This document shows positions 9,381 through 18,300 of a stretch of 64,000 bases of DNA, piece by piece; position 1 is the first letter of the stretch, and each line of letters opens with the position of its first letter. The notes under the pieces are model-generated. The model was not told where the DNA came from. It did no database searches and worked only from the letters and a program-made list of their open reading frames with translations. The stretch is taken from NCBI GenBank assembly GCA_027069135.1, contig JALXFE010000182.1, forward strand, positions 67,175-131,174, read 5' to 3'. The stretch comes from Thermoanaerobaculia bacterium. Its GTDB lineage: Bacteria > Acidobacteriota > Thermoanaerobaculia > Multivoradales > JAHZIX01. The position numbers were made by a program, and so were the translations under genes.

Positions 9381-11174
9381 ATGAAAGTACCGGCCGCCTT
9401 GATGCTGGCCCTTTTCGCCCTGGGAGGCTGCGGCGCTGAGCCTCCCAGCGCTCCCGAAGCCGCCGACGAGGGCCGGGAGCTCGTCTCGGCCTTCCGTTTC
9501 GAGGAGGTCGGGCGAGAGTCAGGCCTCTCGTTTCACCATTTCTCCGCCGTGCGCGCAGCACTTCTACCGGAGGACAACGGGTCCGGTCTGGCCTTCGGCG
9601 ACTACGACAACGACGGCTACGACGACCTCTATCTCGCCAACCTGGCCGGCCCGGTATTGATGTCCCGCGACGAGCTCCAGGCGACCCGGGAAGGTGGCAA
9701 GCTGTACCGCAATCTGGGTGACGGAACCTTTGAAGATGTCACCGAGACGGCCGGTGTCGAGCATGTCGGGTGGGACGGCGGGGTCCTGTGGGCCGACTTC
9801 AATGGCGACGGTTGGCTCGATCTGCTGCTGACCGGGATCGACGAGATCGCCCTCTTCGAGAATCTGGGCGGCGGAACCTTCGAGGATCGAAGCGCCGCCG
9901 CCGGTCTGGGGGAGACTCCCTGCATGGCCATGGGGGCGACGGCCGGGGATTATGACCGCGATGGCGATCTCGACCTTTACGTACCCTGCTACGTGGAATT
10001 CCCCTGGGAGCGGGCGCGGGATCGCCCGTTGGTAGGGGGGCGCCCGTCCACCATGACGACACCGGCCAACTATCCACCCCAGGCCAATCGGCTTCTGCGC
10101 AACGACGGTGACGGCCGTTTCGAGGACGTTGCAGCTCCCGCCGGGGTCGCCGACCCCCAAGGGCGCGGGCTCCAGGGTACCTTCGTCGATTTCGACGGCG
10201 ACGGCTGGCAGGATCTCTATGTGGCCAACGATCAAAGCTTCGACCGGCTGTTTAGGAACTCCGCCGACGGAACCTTCGAGGACGTCACCATCCCGGCGGG
10301 CACCCGCGACCCGCGGGCGGGTATGGGGATCGGCCTGCACGACTTCGACGACAACGGCCAGGTGGACCTCTTCCTGACCCATTGGGTCGGAGAGCAGAAT
10401 GCCTTGTACCGCAATATGTCGGATGTGGGTGCCTTGCTCTTCGAGGATCGTGTCTACGAGGAGGGCCTAGGCCCCATCGCCGAAGCCCTGGTCGGTTGGG
10501 GAACGGGCTTTGCCGACTTCGATCTGGACGGATTCGAGGATCTCTTCATCGTCCATGGCTCGACGGTCGAAGACGAGTGGACCCTCGATGTTTTGAAGGA
10601 GCCGAAAATGATTCCTCAGGAGCTGATGGTCTTCGCCGGTAGCGACGATGGCTTCGAGGACGTGTCCGCCGCATCCGGAGCGATTTTCAGGGAGAGATTC
10701 GTCGGCCGAGGCATGTCCTTGGCGGATTACGACCGCGACGGGCGGGTGGATGTGGCGGTGCTGGTTCATAACGGGGAGCCCCTACTCTTGCACAACCGCT
10801 CCGAGCCCCGAGGTGGAGCCTGGCTGGGGATCCAACTGGCCAGCGGAGGCAAGAATCGCTGGGCCGTAGGGTCCAAAGTGACCGTTCACTCGACCACGGA
10901 GGACGGTTCCGCCCGCCGTCAGTCCGCCTGGCGGGTGGTGGGGGAGAGCTACGCCGGTACCCATTCGGCGACCTTGCATTTCGGTCTGGGCTCCGCCACC
11001 GCCGCTCGAGTGGAGGTACTATGGCCCGATGGCAAGATCGATCACTTCGGGCCCGTGCCCCTCGACCGAATCTTGGTGCTCCACAAGGGTTCTCCGACCT
11101 GGCATGAGCTACCCGAGGACCCCGTCGATCCCCGCCCCTGGGGGTCGCTTCCTCTCACTGAATTTGGAGACTGA
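9381..11174 (+). CDS. Lipoprotein FG-GAP/ASPIC-UnbV protein (CRTAC1-like).
   Basis: Lipobox signal 'LMLALFALGGC'. SD GGAGGA 5 nt upstream of ATG. Motifs DYDNDGYDDL, DFNGDGWLDL, DYDRDGDLDL, DFDGDGWQDL, DFDDNGQVDL. UnbV tail 'GSKVTVHS...HFGLGSATAARVEVLWPDG'. Confidence 0.8.
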   Translation: MKVPAALMLALFALGGCGAEPPSAPEAADEGRELVSAFRFEEVGRESGLSFHHFSAVRAALLPEDNGSGLAFGDYDNDGYDDLYLANLAGPVLMSRDELQATREGGKLYRNLGDGTFEDVTETAGVEHVGWDGGVLWADFNGDGWLDLLLTGIDEIALFENLGGGTFEDRSAAAGLGETPCMAMGATAGDYDRDGDLDLYVPCYVEFPWERARDRPLVGGRPSTMTTPANYPPQANRLLRNDGDGRFEDVAAPAGVADPQGRGLQGTFVDFDGDGWQDLYVANDQSFDRLFRNSADGTFEDVTIPAGTRDPRAGMGIGLHDFDDNGQVDLFLTHWVGEQNALYRNMSDVGALLFEDRVYEEGLGPIAEALVGWGTGFADFDLDGFEDLFIVHGSTVEDEWTLDVLKEPKMIPQELMVFAGSDDGFEDVSAASGAIFRERFVGRGMSLADYDRDGRVDVAVLVHNGEPLLLHNRSEPRGGAWLGIQLASGGKNRWAVGSKVTVHSTTEDGSARRQSAWRVVGESYAGTHSATLHFGLGSATAARVEVLWPDGKIDHFGPVPLDRILVLHKGSPTWHELPEDPVDPRPWGSLPLTEFGD

Positions 11175-11177
11175 CCT

Positions 11178-11906
11178 ATGAGATTTCCCCAAGTTTTTGT
11201 CCCGGGCGCCGAGGTGGCCCTCGTCGCCTTGAGTCTCGCCGCCTGCACTACCGCGGACAGCACGGCGCCCGGGCCCGGAACCGAGACCGCGGACACATCG
11301 AGCGCCAAGACCGTGACCGGCGGCAAGCCCTATCACGGTCTCTTGGAGTATCGGGCCAAGGACGCCAAACTCGCGTTGGTGCGCCCTACGCTGGTGACGG
11401 CCGCCGAGGCGGCCCTGGCCTCCGGAGTCCGCGTGGTCGGAGTGGCGGCGGACGGTGAGAGCCGTGCCTATCCCCTATATGTCTTGAAGAACCATCAGAT
11501 CGTCAACGATCAGGTAGGGGGAACGCCGATCGCGGCGTCCTGGTGAGCCTCCGAGCAATCGGTCGTGGTTCACGACCGCCGCGTCGGAGAGAAAGAACTG
11601 ACCCTCGGGGTCTCCGGAAAGCTGATCGATGGCAACCTCGTCATGTACGACACGGAGACGGATTCCTTATGGCACCAGGCCTCCGGGGAGGCCAAGGACG
11701 GTGAGTTAGAGGGCCAGCAGCTGGCCGAGCTACCCGCCGAGGAGTGGGGTGTGTATCGCTGGGGAGAGTGGCTCGAGCTCCATCCGGAGACCTTGGTCCT
11801 GACCTGCGCCCACTGCGAGGGTCGTGGGGAAGCCACCGGAACGATCGACGAGTTGCACCGAGAGAAGGCCGAGAGTGAGAAAGGTGATGGACATAAGGAG
11901 GGGTAG
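11178..11906 (+). CDS. DUF3179-family lipoprotein interrupted by a single in-frame TGA (11544-11546). Candidate selenoprotein or recently inactivated gene.
   Basis: Lipobox 'LSLAAC'. The two track ORFs 11178-11546 and 11565-11906 are in the same frame, separated only by the TGA. Sequence around the TGA (...YPLYVLKNHQIVNDQVGGTPIAASW*ASEQSVVVHDRRVGEKELTLGVSGKLIDGNLVMYDTETDSLWHQ...WLELHPETLVLT) matches the DUF3179 core as I recall it (...GGTPvavtYCPLCgtg..fdR.vdg..ltFgvSGlLynsNlvmyDreTeSlWsQ), with the TGA at the position of the first conserved Cys. Confidence 0.5.
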
Positions 11907-12534
11907 CTCCGGGAGGATCCCGGGAGCTCGGAGGCGTCTCGCCGGTCCTGTTCTTCTTCTGGCGGGGTTCCTCTTCGGGGGCCTGGGCTGTGGCGCCCCG
12001 CCGTCCGACGCTCTCCCCGACGCCGCCCAGCCTGCGTCTTCGGCGGCCCAGGTCGCCCGCACGCTGCCAGGCCCTGACTTTGAGCTCCTCGGCCTCGACG
12101 GCGAGCGGCATCGTCTTTCATCCTATCGGGGCCGGATCGTACTGGTGAATTATTGGGCCACCTGGTGCCTCTCCTGCCGTGACGAGATTCCGGTGCTCAA
12201 CCGTCTGCACGAAGAATTTGCCAACCGCGGTGTCGCCATCGTCGGCGTCGCCACCGACGAAGATGCCGAGACCAAAGTCGTGCCCTACGTCGAAAAGATG
12301 GCCATGGCCTATCCCGTCCTTCTGGATCCTCAGGCGGTCAGCGCGTCGATTTTCGGCGGCTTCGCCGGCTATCCCAGTACCTTTATCCTCGATCCCCAGG
12401 GCCTGATCTACTCCTCCTATCTGGGCGCACAGGAAGAGAAGACCTTCGCCGACGACCTTCGCTACCTCCTGCAAGCTGCACCCAGCGAAGGCGCCACCCT
12501 TCCCGCGGGAGCCATTTCACACCCGGTGGAATAG
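11887..12534 (+). CDS. TlpA/ResA-like periplasmic thiol:disulfide oxidoreductase (thioredoxin fold), lipoprotein.
   Basis: WCxxC active site 'YWATWCLSCRDEIP'. Lipobox 'LGCG'. The track ORF starts at 11824, but the internal ATG at 11887 (MDIRR...) gives the signal peptide. Overlaps the 3' end of the DUF3179 gene. Confidence 0.8.
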   Translation: MDIRRGSSGRIPGARRRLAGPVLLLAGFLFGGLGCGAPPSDALPDAAQPASSAAQVARTLPGPDFELLGLDGERHRLSSYRGRIVLVNYWATWCLSCRDEIPVLNRLHEEFANRGVAIVGVATDEDAETKVVPYVEKMAMAYPVLLDPQAVSASIFGGFAGYPSTFILDPQGLIYSSYLGAQEEKTFADDLRYLLQAAPSEGATLPAGAISHPVE

Positions 12535-12542
12535 GCCCTCAC

Positions 12543-12562
12543 CAGCCCGCGAACACGGGCTG
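12543..12562 (+). terminator. GC-rich hairpin about 10 nt after the tlpA-like stop. Possible terminator without a U-tract.
   Basis: cagcccg-cgaaca-cgggctg: 7-bp perfect stem with a 6-nt loop. No T-run follows, so weak. Confidence 0.25.
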
Positions 12563-12640
12563 CTAGACTCCACCCCAGCCCATCTACCTGCGTCCGCAGA
12601 GAAAAATCTGGATGCCGATGACCGGAAGGATAGCGAGAGC

Positions 12641-14794
12641 ATGAGCCGACACGCGTTTCAAATCCAAGGCCTCGATTGTGCCGAGGAGGTGGCGATTCTA
12701 AAGCGTGAGCTGGGGCCCTTGGTCGGCGAGGAGTCCCTGGCCTTCGACGTCCTCCGGGGCAAGTTGACGGTCTCCGACGGTTCCGTGACGGCCCTGGAGA
12801 TTCAGCAGGCGGTGGCCCGGACGGGAATGAAAGCCGAGCCTTGGCGCTCGACGGCGGAGCAGGATGGGGAGCGGACCCGGCACCGGACTCTGCAGGGTTC
12901 CCTCACCCTGGCCAGCGGATTGGCCATGATCACTGGCTTCGGTACCCATGCCTGGTTGGCCGGCAGCGTGGTCGAGGCCCTCGGTCACCACGGAGGGCAT
13001 GTCGACGAGGGCGTGCCATGGCTCGCGCGGTGGATCTACACCCTGGCCATCGTGACCGGCGGCTGGACGATCTTTCCCAAGGCCCTCTTGTCGCTGCGCC
13101 GCCGGCGCCCGGATATGAATCTCCTCATGACCGTCGCAGTCACCGGGGCGGTGGGCATCGGCGAATGGTTCGAAGCAGCGACGGTGGCCTTTCTCTTCGC
13201 CCTTTCCAACGCCCTCGAAGCCTGGAGCGTCGGGCGAGCCCGGCGCGCTGTCGAGTCTCTGATGAATCTCTCGCCGACGACGGCCCGAATTCGCGATGCT
13301 GCCGGTGAAGAGAAGGTGCTGCCGGCGGCGGAGGTCCCGATAGGCACCCTGCTCCTGGTACATCCTGGCGAAAAGATCCCTCTCGATGGGCGGGTGATCA
13401 CCGGCGTCAGTGAAGTGGATCAGGCTCCCATCACGGGCGAGAGCCAGCCGGTGGCCAAAGAGCCCGGCGATGATGTCTTCGCCGGCACGGTCAACGGCAG
13501 CGGCGTCCTGGAAGTCGAGGCGACCCGGACGGCGGAAGATACGACCTTGGCCCACATCGTGCGGCTGGTGGAAGAAGCACGATCTCAGCGAGCGCCGAGC
13601 GAGCGCTGGGTGGAGCGATTCGCCCGCATCTACACGCCGGTCGTCATGGGGCTGGCCTTGGCCGTGGCCCTGCTGCCGCCGTTGCTCCTCGGCGGGGCTT
13701 GGGGTGTTTGGTTTTACCGGGCCCTCGTGTTGTTGGTCATCGGCTGTCCCTGCGCCTTGGTCATCTCGACACCGGTCAGCGTGGTGGCTGCTCTGACCTC
13801 CGCCGCTCGCCACGGGATCCTGGTCAAAGGGGGAGCGTTCATCGAGCTGCCGGCGCGCCTCAAGGCCATTGCCTTCGACAAGACCGGAACCCTGACCCGG
13901 GGGGAGCCGTCGGTGGTGGAAGTCGTGCCCTTAGCAGAGCATGACGAGGCCGAGCTCTTGGCCCGAGCGGTGGCCCTCGAGGCCCGAAGCCCCCATCCCA
14001 TAGCCCGGGCCATCCTGCGCTACGCCCGGGAGAAAGGGGTCTCCGCCCAGCCGGCGGAAGAGGTCCAGGCGATCCCCGGCAAGGGCATCGGAGGACTTTT
14101 CGCAGGCAAACCCTTCTGGCTGGGCTCCCACCGGTATCTGGAGGAGCGGGAGCAGGAGACGGAGGAGATTCACCAGCGCCTGGAAGCCATGTCCGACGCC
14201 GGCCAGACGATCGTCGTGGTCGGCAACGACAGCCACGTCTGCGGTTTCATCGCCGTCGCCGATGGCCTGCGTCCGGAGGCCCGGGAAGTGGTCGCCCAAC
14301 TGCGCCGGCAGGGCATTGGCCAGCTCTTGCTCCTCACCGGCGACAACCGTGGCACGGCGGCCGCCGTCGCCCGGGAAGCAGGCCTGGACGACGTCAAGGC
14401 CGAGCTCTTACCGGCGGATAAGGTCGCTGCCGTCGAGGACCTGGCGAAGGCCTATGGAGAGGTCGCCATGGTCGGGGACGGCGTCAACGACGCCCCCGCC
14501 ATGGCCCGCGCCAGCCTGGGCATCGCCATGGGTTCAGCAGGCAGCGACGCCGCCATCGAGTCGGCGGATATCGCCCTGATGGCCGACGACCTCACCAAGC
14601 TCCCCTGGTTGGTGCGCCACTCCCACCGCACCCTCTCCACCATCCGCCAGAACATCGGCTTCGCCCTCGGCCTCAAGCTCGCCGTCTTCGTCCTCGCCAC
14701 CGTAGGCTACGCCTCCCTCTGGATGGCCATCGCCGCCGACATGGGAGCCTCCCTGATCGTCATCGCCAACGGGCTGCGATTGCTGAGGGGGTGA
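12641..14794 (+). CDS. P1B-type heavy-metal-translocating P-type ATPase (Cd/Zn/Cu family).
   Basis: N-terminal HMA-like domain (FQIQGLDCAEEVAILK). TM CPC motif 'VIGCPCALVISTP'. Phosphorylation site 'DKTGTLT'. 'SPHPIARAI' HP motif. 'GDGVNDAPAL' hinge. Confidence 0.9.
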   Translation: MSRHAFQIQGLDCAEEVAILKRELGPLVGEESLAFDVLRGKLTVSDGSVTALEIQQAVARTGMKAEPWRSTAEQDGERTRHRTLQGSLTLASGLAMITGFGTHAWLAGSVVEALGHHGGHVDEGVPWLARWIYTLAIVTGGWTIFPKALLSLRRRRPDMNLLMTVAVTGAVGIGEWFEAATVAFLFALSNALEAWSVGRARRAVESLMNLSPTTARIRDAAGEEKVLPAAEVPIGTLLLVHPGEKIPLDGRVITGVSEVDQAPITGESQPVAKEPGDDVFAGTVNGSGVLEVEATRTAEDTTLAHIVRLVEEARSQRAPSERWVERFARIYTPVVMGLALAVALLPPLLLGGAWGVWFYRALVLLVIGCPCALVISTPVSVVAALTSAARHGILVKGGAFIELPARLKAIAFDKTGTLTRGEPSVVEVVPLAEHDEAELLARAVALEARSPHPIARAILRYAREKGVSAQPAEEVQAIPGKGIGGLFAGKPFWLGSHRYLEEREQETEEIHQRLEAMSDAGQTIVVVGNDSHVCGFIAVADGLRPEAREVVAQLRRQGIGQLLLLTGDNRGTAAAVAREAGLDDVKAELLPADKVAAVEDLAKAYGEVAMVGDGVNDAPAMARASLGIAMGSAGSDAAIESADIALMADDLTKLPWLVRHSHRTLSTIRQNIGFALGLKLAVFVLATVGYASLWMAIAADMGASLIVIANGLRLLRG

Positions 14795-14878
14795 GGGTCG
14801 CGGTGACCTGGGGCCTCTCCTTGACAGAGGAAGAGCGAGATGTCATACAAGTATGACGACGAGCCAAGGAGGTCTGCC

Positions 14879-15091
14879 ATGCTCTCTATACGCCTAGATT
14901 CCGAAATAGAACATCGACTGGAAGCCCTAGCGTCCAAGACGGGGCGCACGAAGTCCTACTACGCCCGCAAGGCCATCACCGAGTCGCTCGCCGAATGGGA
15001 AGATATCGCGGAAGCCATCGAGCGCCTCGAGACGCCGGGGAAGCGTCTTTCGATGGCGGAAGTAGAGAGCCGGCTTGGCCTGGACGATTGA
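14879..15091 (+). CDS. relB: RelB/DinJ-type antitoxin (ribbon-helix-helix).
   Basis: Strong SD AAGGAGG 6 nt upstream of ATG 14879. The track's earlier start at 14840 is less likely. Small acidic protein 'MLSIRLDSEIEHRLEALASKTGRTKSYYARKAITESL...'. Its 3' end overlaps the downstream RelE-like gene by 17 nt. Confidence 0.7.
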   Translation: MLSIRLDSEIEHRLEALASKTGRTKSYYARKAITESLAEWEDIAEAIERLETPGKRLSMAEVESRLGLDD

Positions 15092-15341
15092 ATGGGATGA
15101 AAGAGCTGCCAAGGAGCTAGGCAAGCTCGACCGAGAAATCCAACGACGAATCCTTCGCTATCTCCGAACGCGAGTCGTCGGTCCGAGAGACCCTCGAAAG
15201 ACTGGCAAGTCCCTCGCGGGAGTCCTCTCCGGGCTCTGGCGTTACCGCGTAGGCGACTATCGGCTGATCTGTCGGCTCGAAGAACACCGGTTGGTCGTGC
15301 TGGTGATCAAAGTTGGGCATCGGCGAGGGGTGTATCGGTAG
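15075..15341 (+). CDS. relE: RelE/ParE-family toxin (mRNA interferase).
   Basis: '...LSGLWRYRVGDYRLICRLEEHRLVVLVIKVGHRRGVY' matches the RelE/ParE C-terminal signature (RvGdYRiiY...v.vl.igHRkdvY). TTG start overlapping the antitoxin. Confidence 0.8.
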   Translation: MAWTIEWDERAAKELGKLDREIQRRILRYLRTRVVGPRDPRKTGKSLAGVLSGLWRYRVGDYRLICRLEEHRLVVLVIKVGHRRGVYR

Positions 15342-15374
15342 GCCGTGTTGGGCGAGCCTGCCGGCGCAGAGCCC

Positions 15375-18300
15375 TTAACCCCTCCCGCCAGTGATTCGTC
15401 TCTCGACCTCTTTCCAGGCCTTGTCAATCTGCAGGTCGACGCCGATGAACTCCAGGCGGGTGGAGGTTTCCAGTCGGTGGTAGGGGTCGTTGGTGTCGCG
15501 GACGGCGCCGAGCCAGTTGAAGGAGCCGTCGATGTACCAGCGGCGGTCGACGGCCAGGAGCTTGGAGTGGATGCGGGGCACTGGGTGGACCTCGGCACCG
15601 CATTGCCTCAAGTCTTCGGCGACTTCGGCGGCGACCTCCGGGCGGCGGTGGAGGTCGACGCAGTAGAGGATTTTTACCTCGACGCCGCGGTGGTGGGCTT
15701 GCCGTAGCGCTGCGTCGATGCCGTCCGCTTCGATGGCCCGGCGGGTCAGGTAGGGGGAGACGATGAGAACCTGCTCCTGGCTTTCGCGGAGGGCCTCCCG
15801 GAGAGCCTCGCGATGATCTTCGAGGGTTAGGAGCTGGCGGGCCGGGAGCTTGCCCGCCTCGGCCTGCCTCCACAGGTCGGGAGAAGGCGCCACATCGCCG
15901 ATCTCATTCTCCGGGACCTCGAAAATATGAGTCGCCAGGACCCCGGAAGGGCCGGGGCTCATGGGGTCGAAGAGCTCCATGTCGCCGAAGACGAGGAAGG
16001 CGTCCTTGGCACGGGAGACGGCGACGTTGAGCATGTTCTTGCCATCGTCGAAGAAGCGTTTCTTCGGTGCGGTTTCGGCGCAGTAGACGGGGGAGAAGAT
16101 CATGATCTCCCGCTCCGCCCCCTGGAAGGTGTGGACGGTACCGATTTCGGCGATGGGGACAGCGTCCTTCTTCCCGGAGCCTCCTCCCTTGCCAGCGCCT
16201 TTCCCCTCCTTCCGCCGACCGGGGGATTTCGGGGTCAGGGCCTTGATGAGCTCCGTGCGCTGGGCGGAAAAGGGGGTCACCACACCGACCAGTTCCTCGA
16301 GGGGCCGGCCGTCGTAGAAGGCTTCGATTTCCTCCCGGCGCCCATGAAGCCAGCGGGCGATGGCCCAGGCCTCCCCGGCATTGGCCCAACTGCCCCGGAC
16401 CCGCTTCGCCTCGGATCGGACGTGGGCCCAGCCGAAAGCCGGCAAGGGGCTCGAGGGCAGCGCTTCCCGATGGGGTTCCAATTGGCCGCCGTAGACCAGC
16501 TGGTTGCAGTAGCTAATGATCTGAGGCACGCATCGTCGGTGCTCGCGCAGAAAGAGCCCGTCGCGGCGCGGAGAAGCGGTCCAGCGGGTGGCCCGTTGGG
16601 CGAGGCGCAAGAGGCTGCTCGAGCTACAGCGGAAGGGATCGAGATCCTGGGAGCCGGCGTCCAGACCTGCGGCGCGGAGATTTGCCGAGTCGACTCGGCG
16701 GTGGATGCCCCAGATGGGTTCGATCTGGTGCTCGTCGCCGATGACGATGGCTCGTTTGGCCAGCGGCAGCACGGCGGCTCCGATCTCCGGCGCCACCTGT
16801 CCCGCCTCATCTACGATCAACAGATCCAGGGCACCGATCAGAGGGAAGGCGCGGCCTTCCTCCCGGTCGTAGTAGTCGAAGACCCGGGGGGAGCGGAAGA
16901 GGGTCGAGACCAGGGCCGGCGTCAGCTTGGCAAGGCGCCGAAAGCGCAGGAGACGGGCCTGGTCGAGGGGCATGGGGGCGTGTTCGCTGGCGGAGAAGAG
17001 CTCTTCCATCTCCTGCAGCCAGCGGCCCTCCCAATAACGGGCGGCGAGCTGAAAGAGCCGGTGCCTCAGGCCCACGTCGAGGAAGAGGGGAACCGCCCGG
17101 ATCGGTGACGCCGTCGACGCCAATGCCTCCGACAACGGCGACTCGGGGTCCTGAGTCGTCAGCTGCATGCGGATCCACCGCAGGAGCTCGGCCTCTTCCT
17201 CCTCGGGGGCGAGGAGAATTCTTACGTGTCGGAGCAGGGTGGTCTCGAAATTCGAGGATCCGAGCTCCGGGGTGGGCAGCTCCCGTTCGATGAGGGGCCA
17301 GCCGAGCCACCGATCCCGGCGGCGGCGAACCGCCGGGAAGAAGTCGAAGAGCTCCAGGTACCAGGGCAGGTTCCGGCAAGCTCCGAGGAGCTCGGCCCGA
17401 AGCTTGCTCCGGTCCTGATGCAGGCCCTCGAGAGCCCCCAGGCGACGATCCAGGGAGCTCGGATCCCAGGCCTTGGTCACGTCCTTGGCGGCCCGGCGGG
17501 CGGTGGACTCCAGGCGCTGTTTCAGATCTGCGGCGGAGTCCCGAAGCTGCCGTCGAAGCTCCGTCACGACTTTGTCGACGGTGAGCCCGGTAGCGCTGAA
17601 CCCCAGGACCCCTTGCGCCCGGTCGAGGTAGTGGGAATGGGCTTCCTTCACGTAGCGGGAGGTCTCCATCTCGCCCAAGGAGCCCCGCAGGGTATTGCCG
17701 GCCAATTCCGCCGTTTGGTATTTCTTCTCCGGCTCGTTGCGGGTCTGGGATGCGGCGGGAAAGAAGAGTCCGTAGGAGCGGATCTCCGGCAGCCATCGGG
17801 TCGCGAGCCCTTCTTTTTCGTTCTCAGCGGCGGCGTCGAAGCTATCCAGGACATTGGTGACCGCCTGGTTGTTGGTGGAGCAGACGTGGATCAAGGGAGG
17901 TTCGCTACCCTCGAGGGCCCGCTGTACCCACAGGGACGCCACGATGCTCTGGACGAGGGTGGTCTTGCCGGTCCCCGGCGGCCCGTTGACCGCCAGGATC
18001 TCTCCGTCGCGAAGCTCGAGAGCGCAGGCCAGACTCTGGCGTTGGGACGGGCCCAGGGGAAAGCGGCCCGTCATCTGTCCCAGGTGGGAGAGCCCCCCGC
18101 CGGCCCCCGGATCGTCCGGCCCCGCGGCGGGCTTGGCCCCCGGCGCTCGAGCTAGGCTCTGAAGGACCGCCGGAGCCGGATCTATTCCGAGGACAAAGTC
18201 CGCCAGGTCGATGAGGGGCTTGCGAAAGCCTTTCTCGATTTGTTGGACCGCAAAGCGAGGCCCCAGAACTTCGAAATCCTCAAGCTGATACTCCGAGGGC

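Noticed and set aside
15927-17108. 393-aa plus-strand ORF opposite the helicase-PLD gene (and 17226-18155)
   Set aside because: Antisense to conserved helicase motifs. Gly/Arg/Ala-rich, low complexity.
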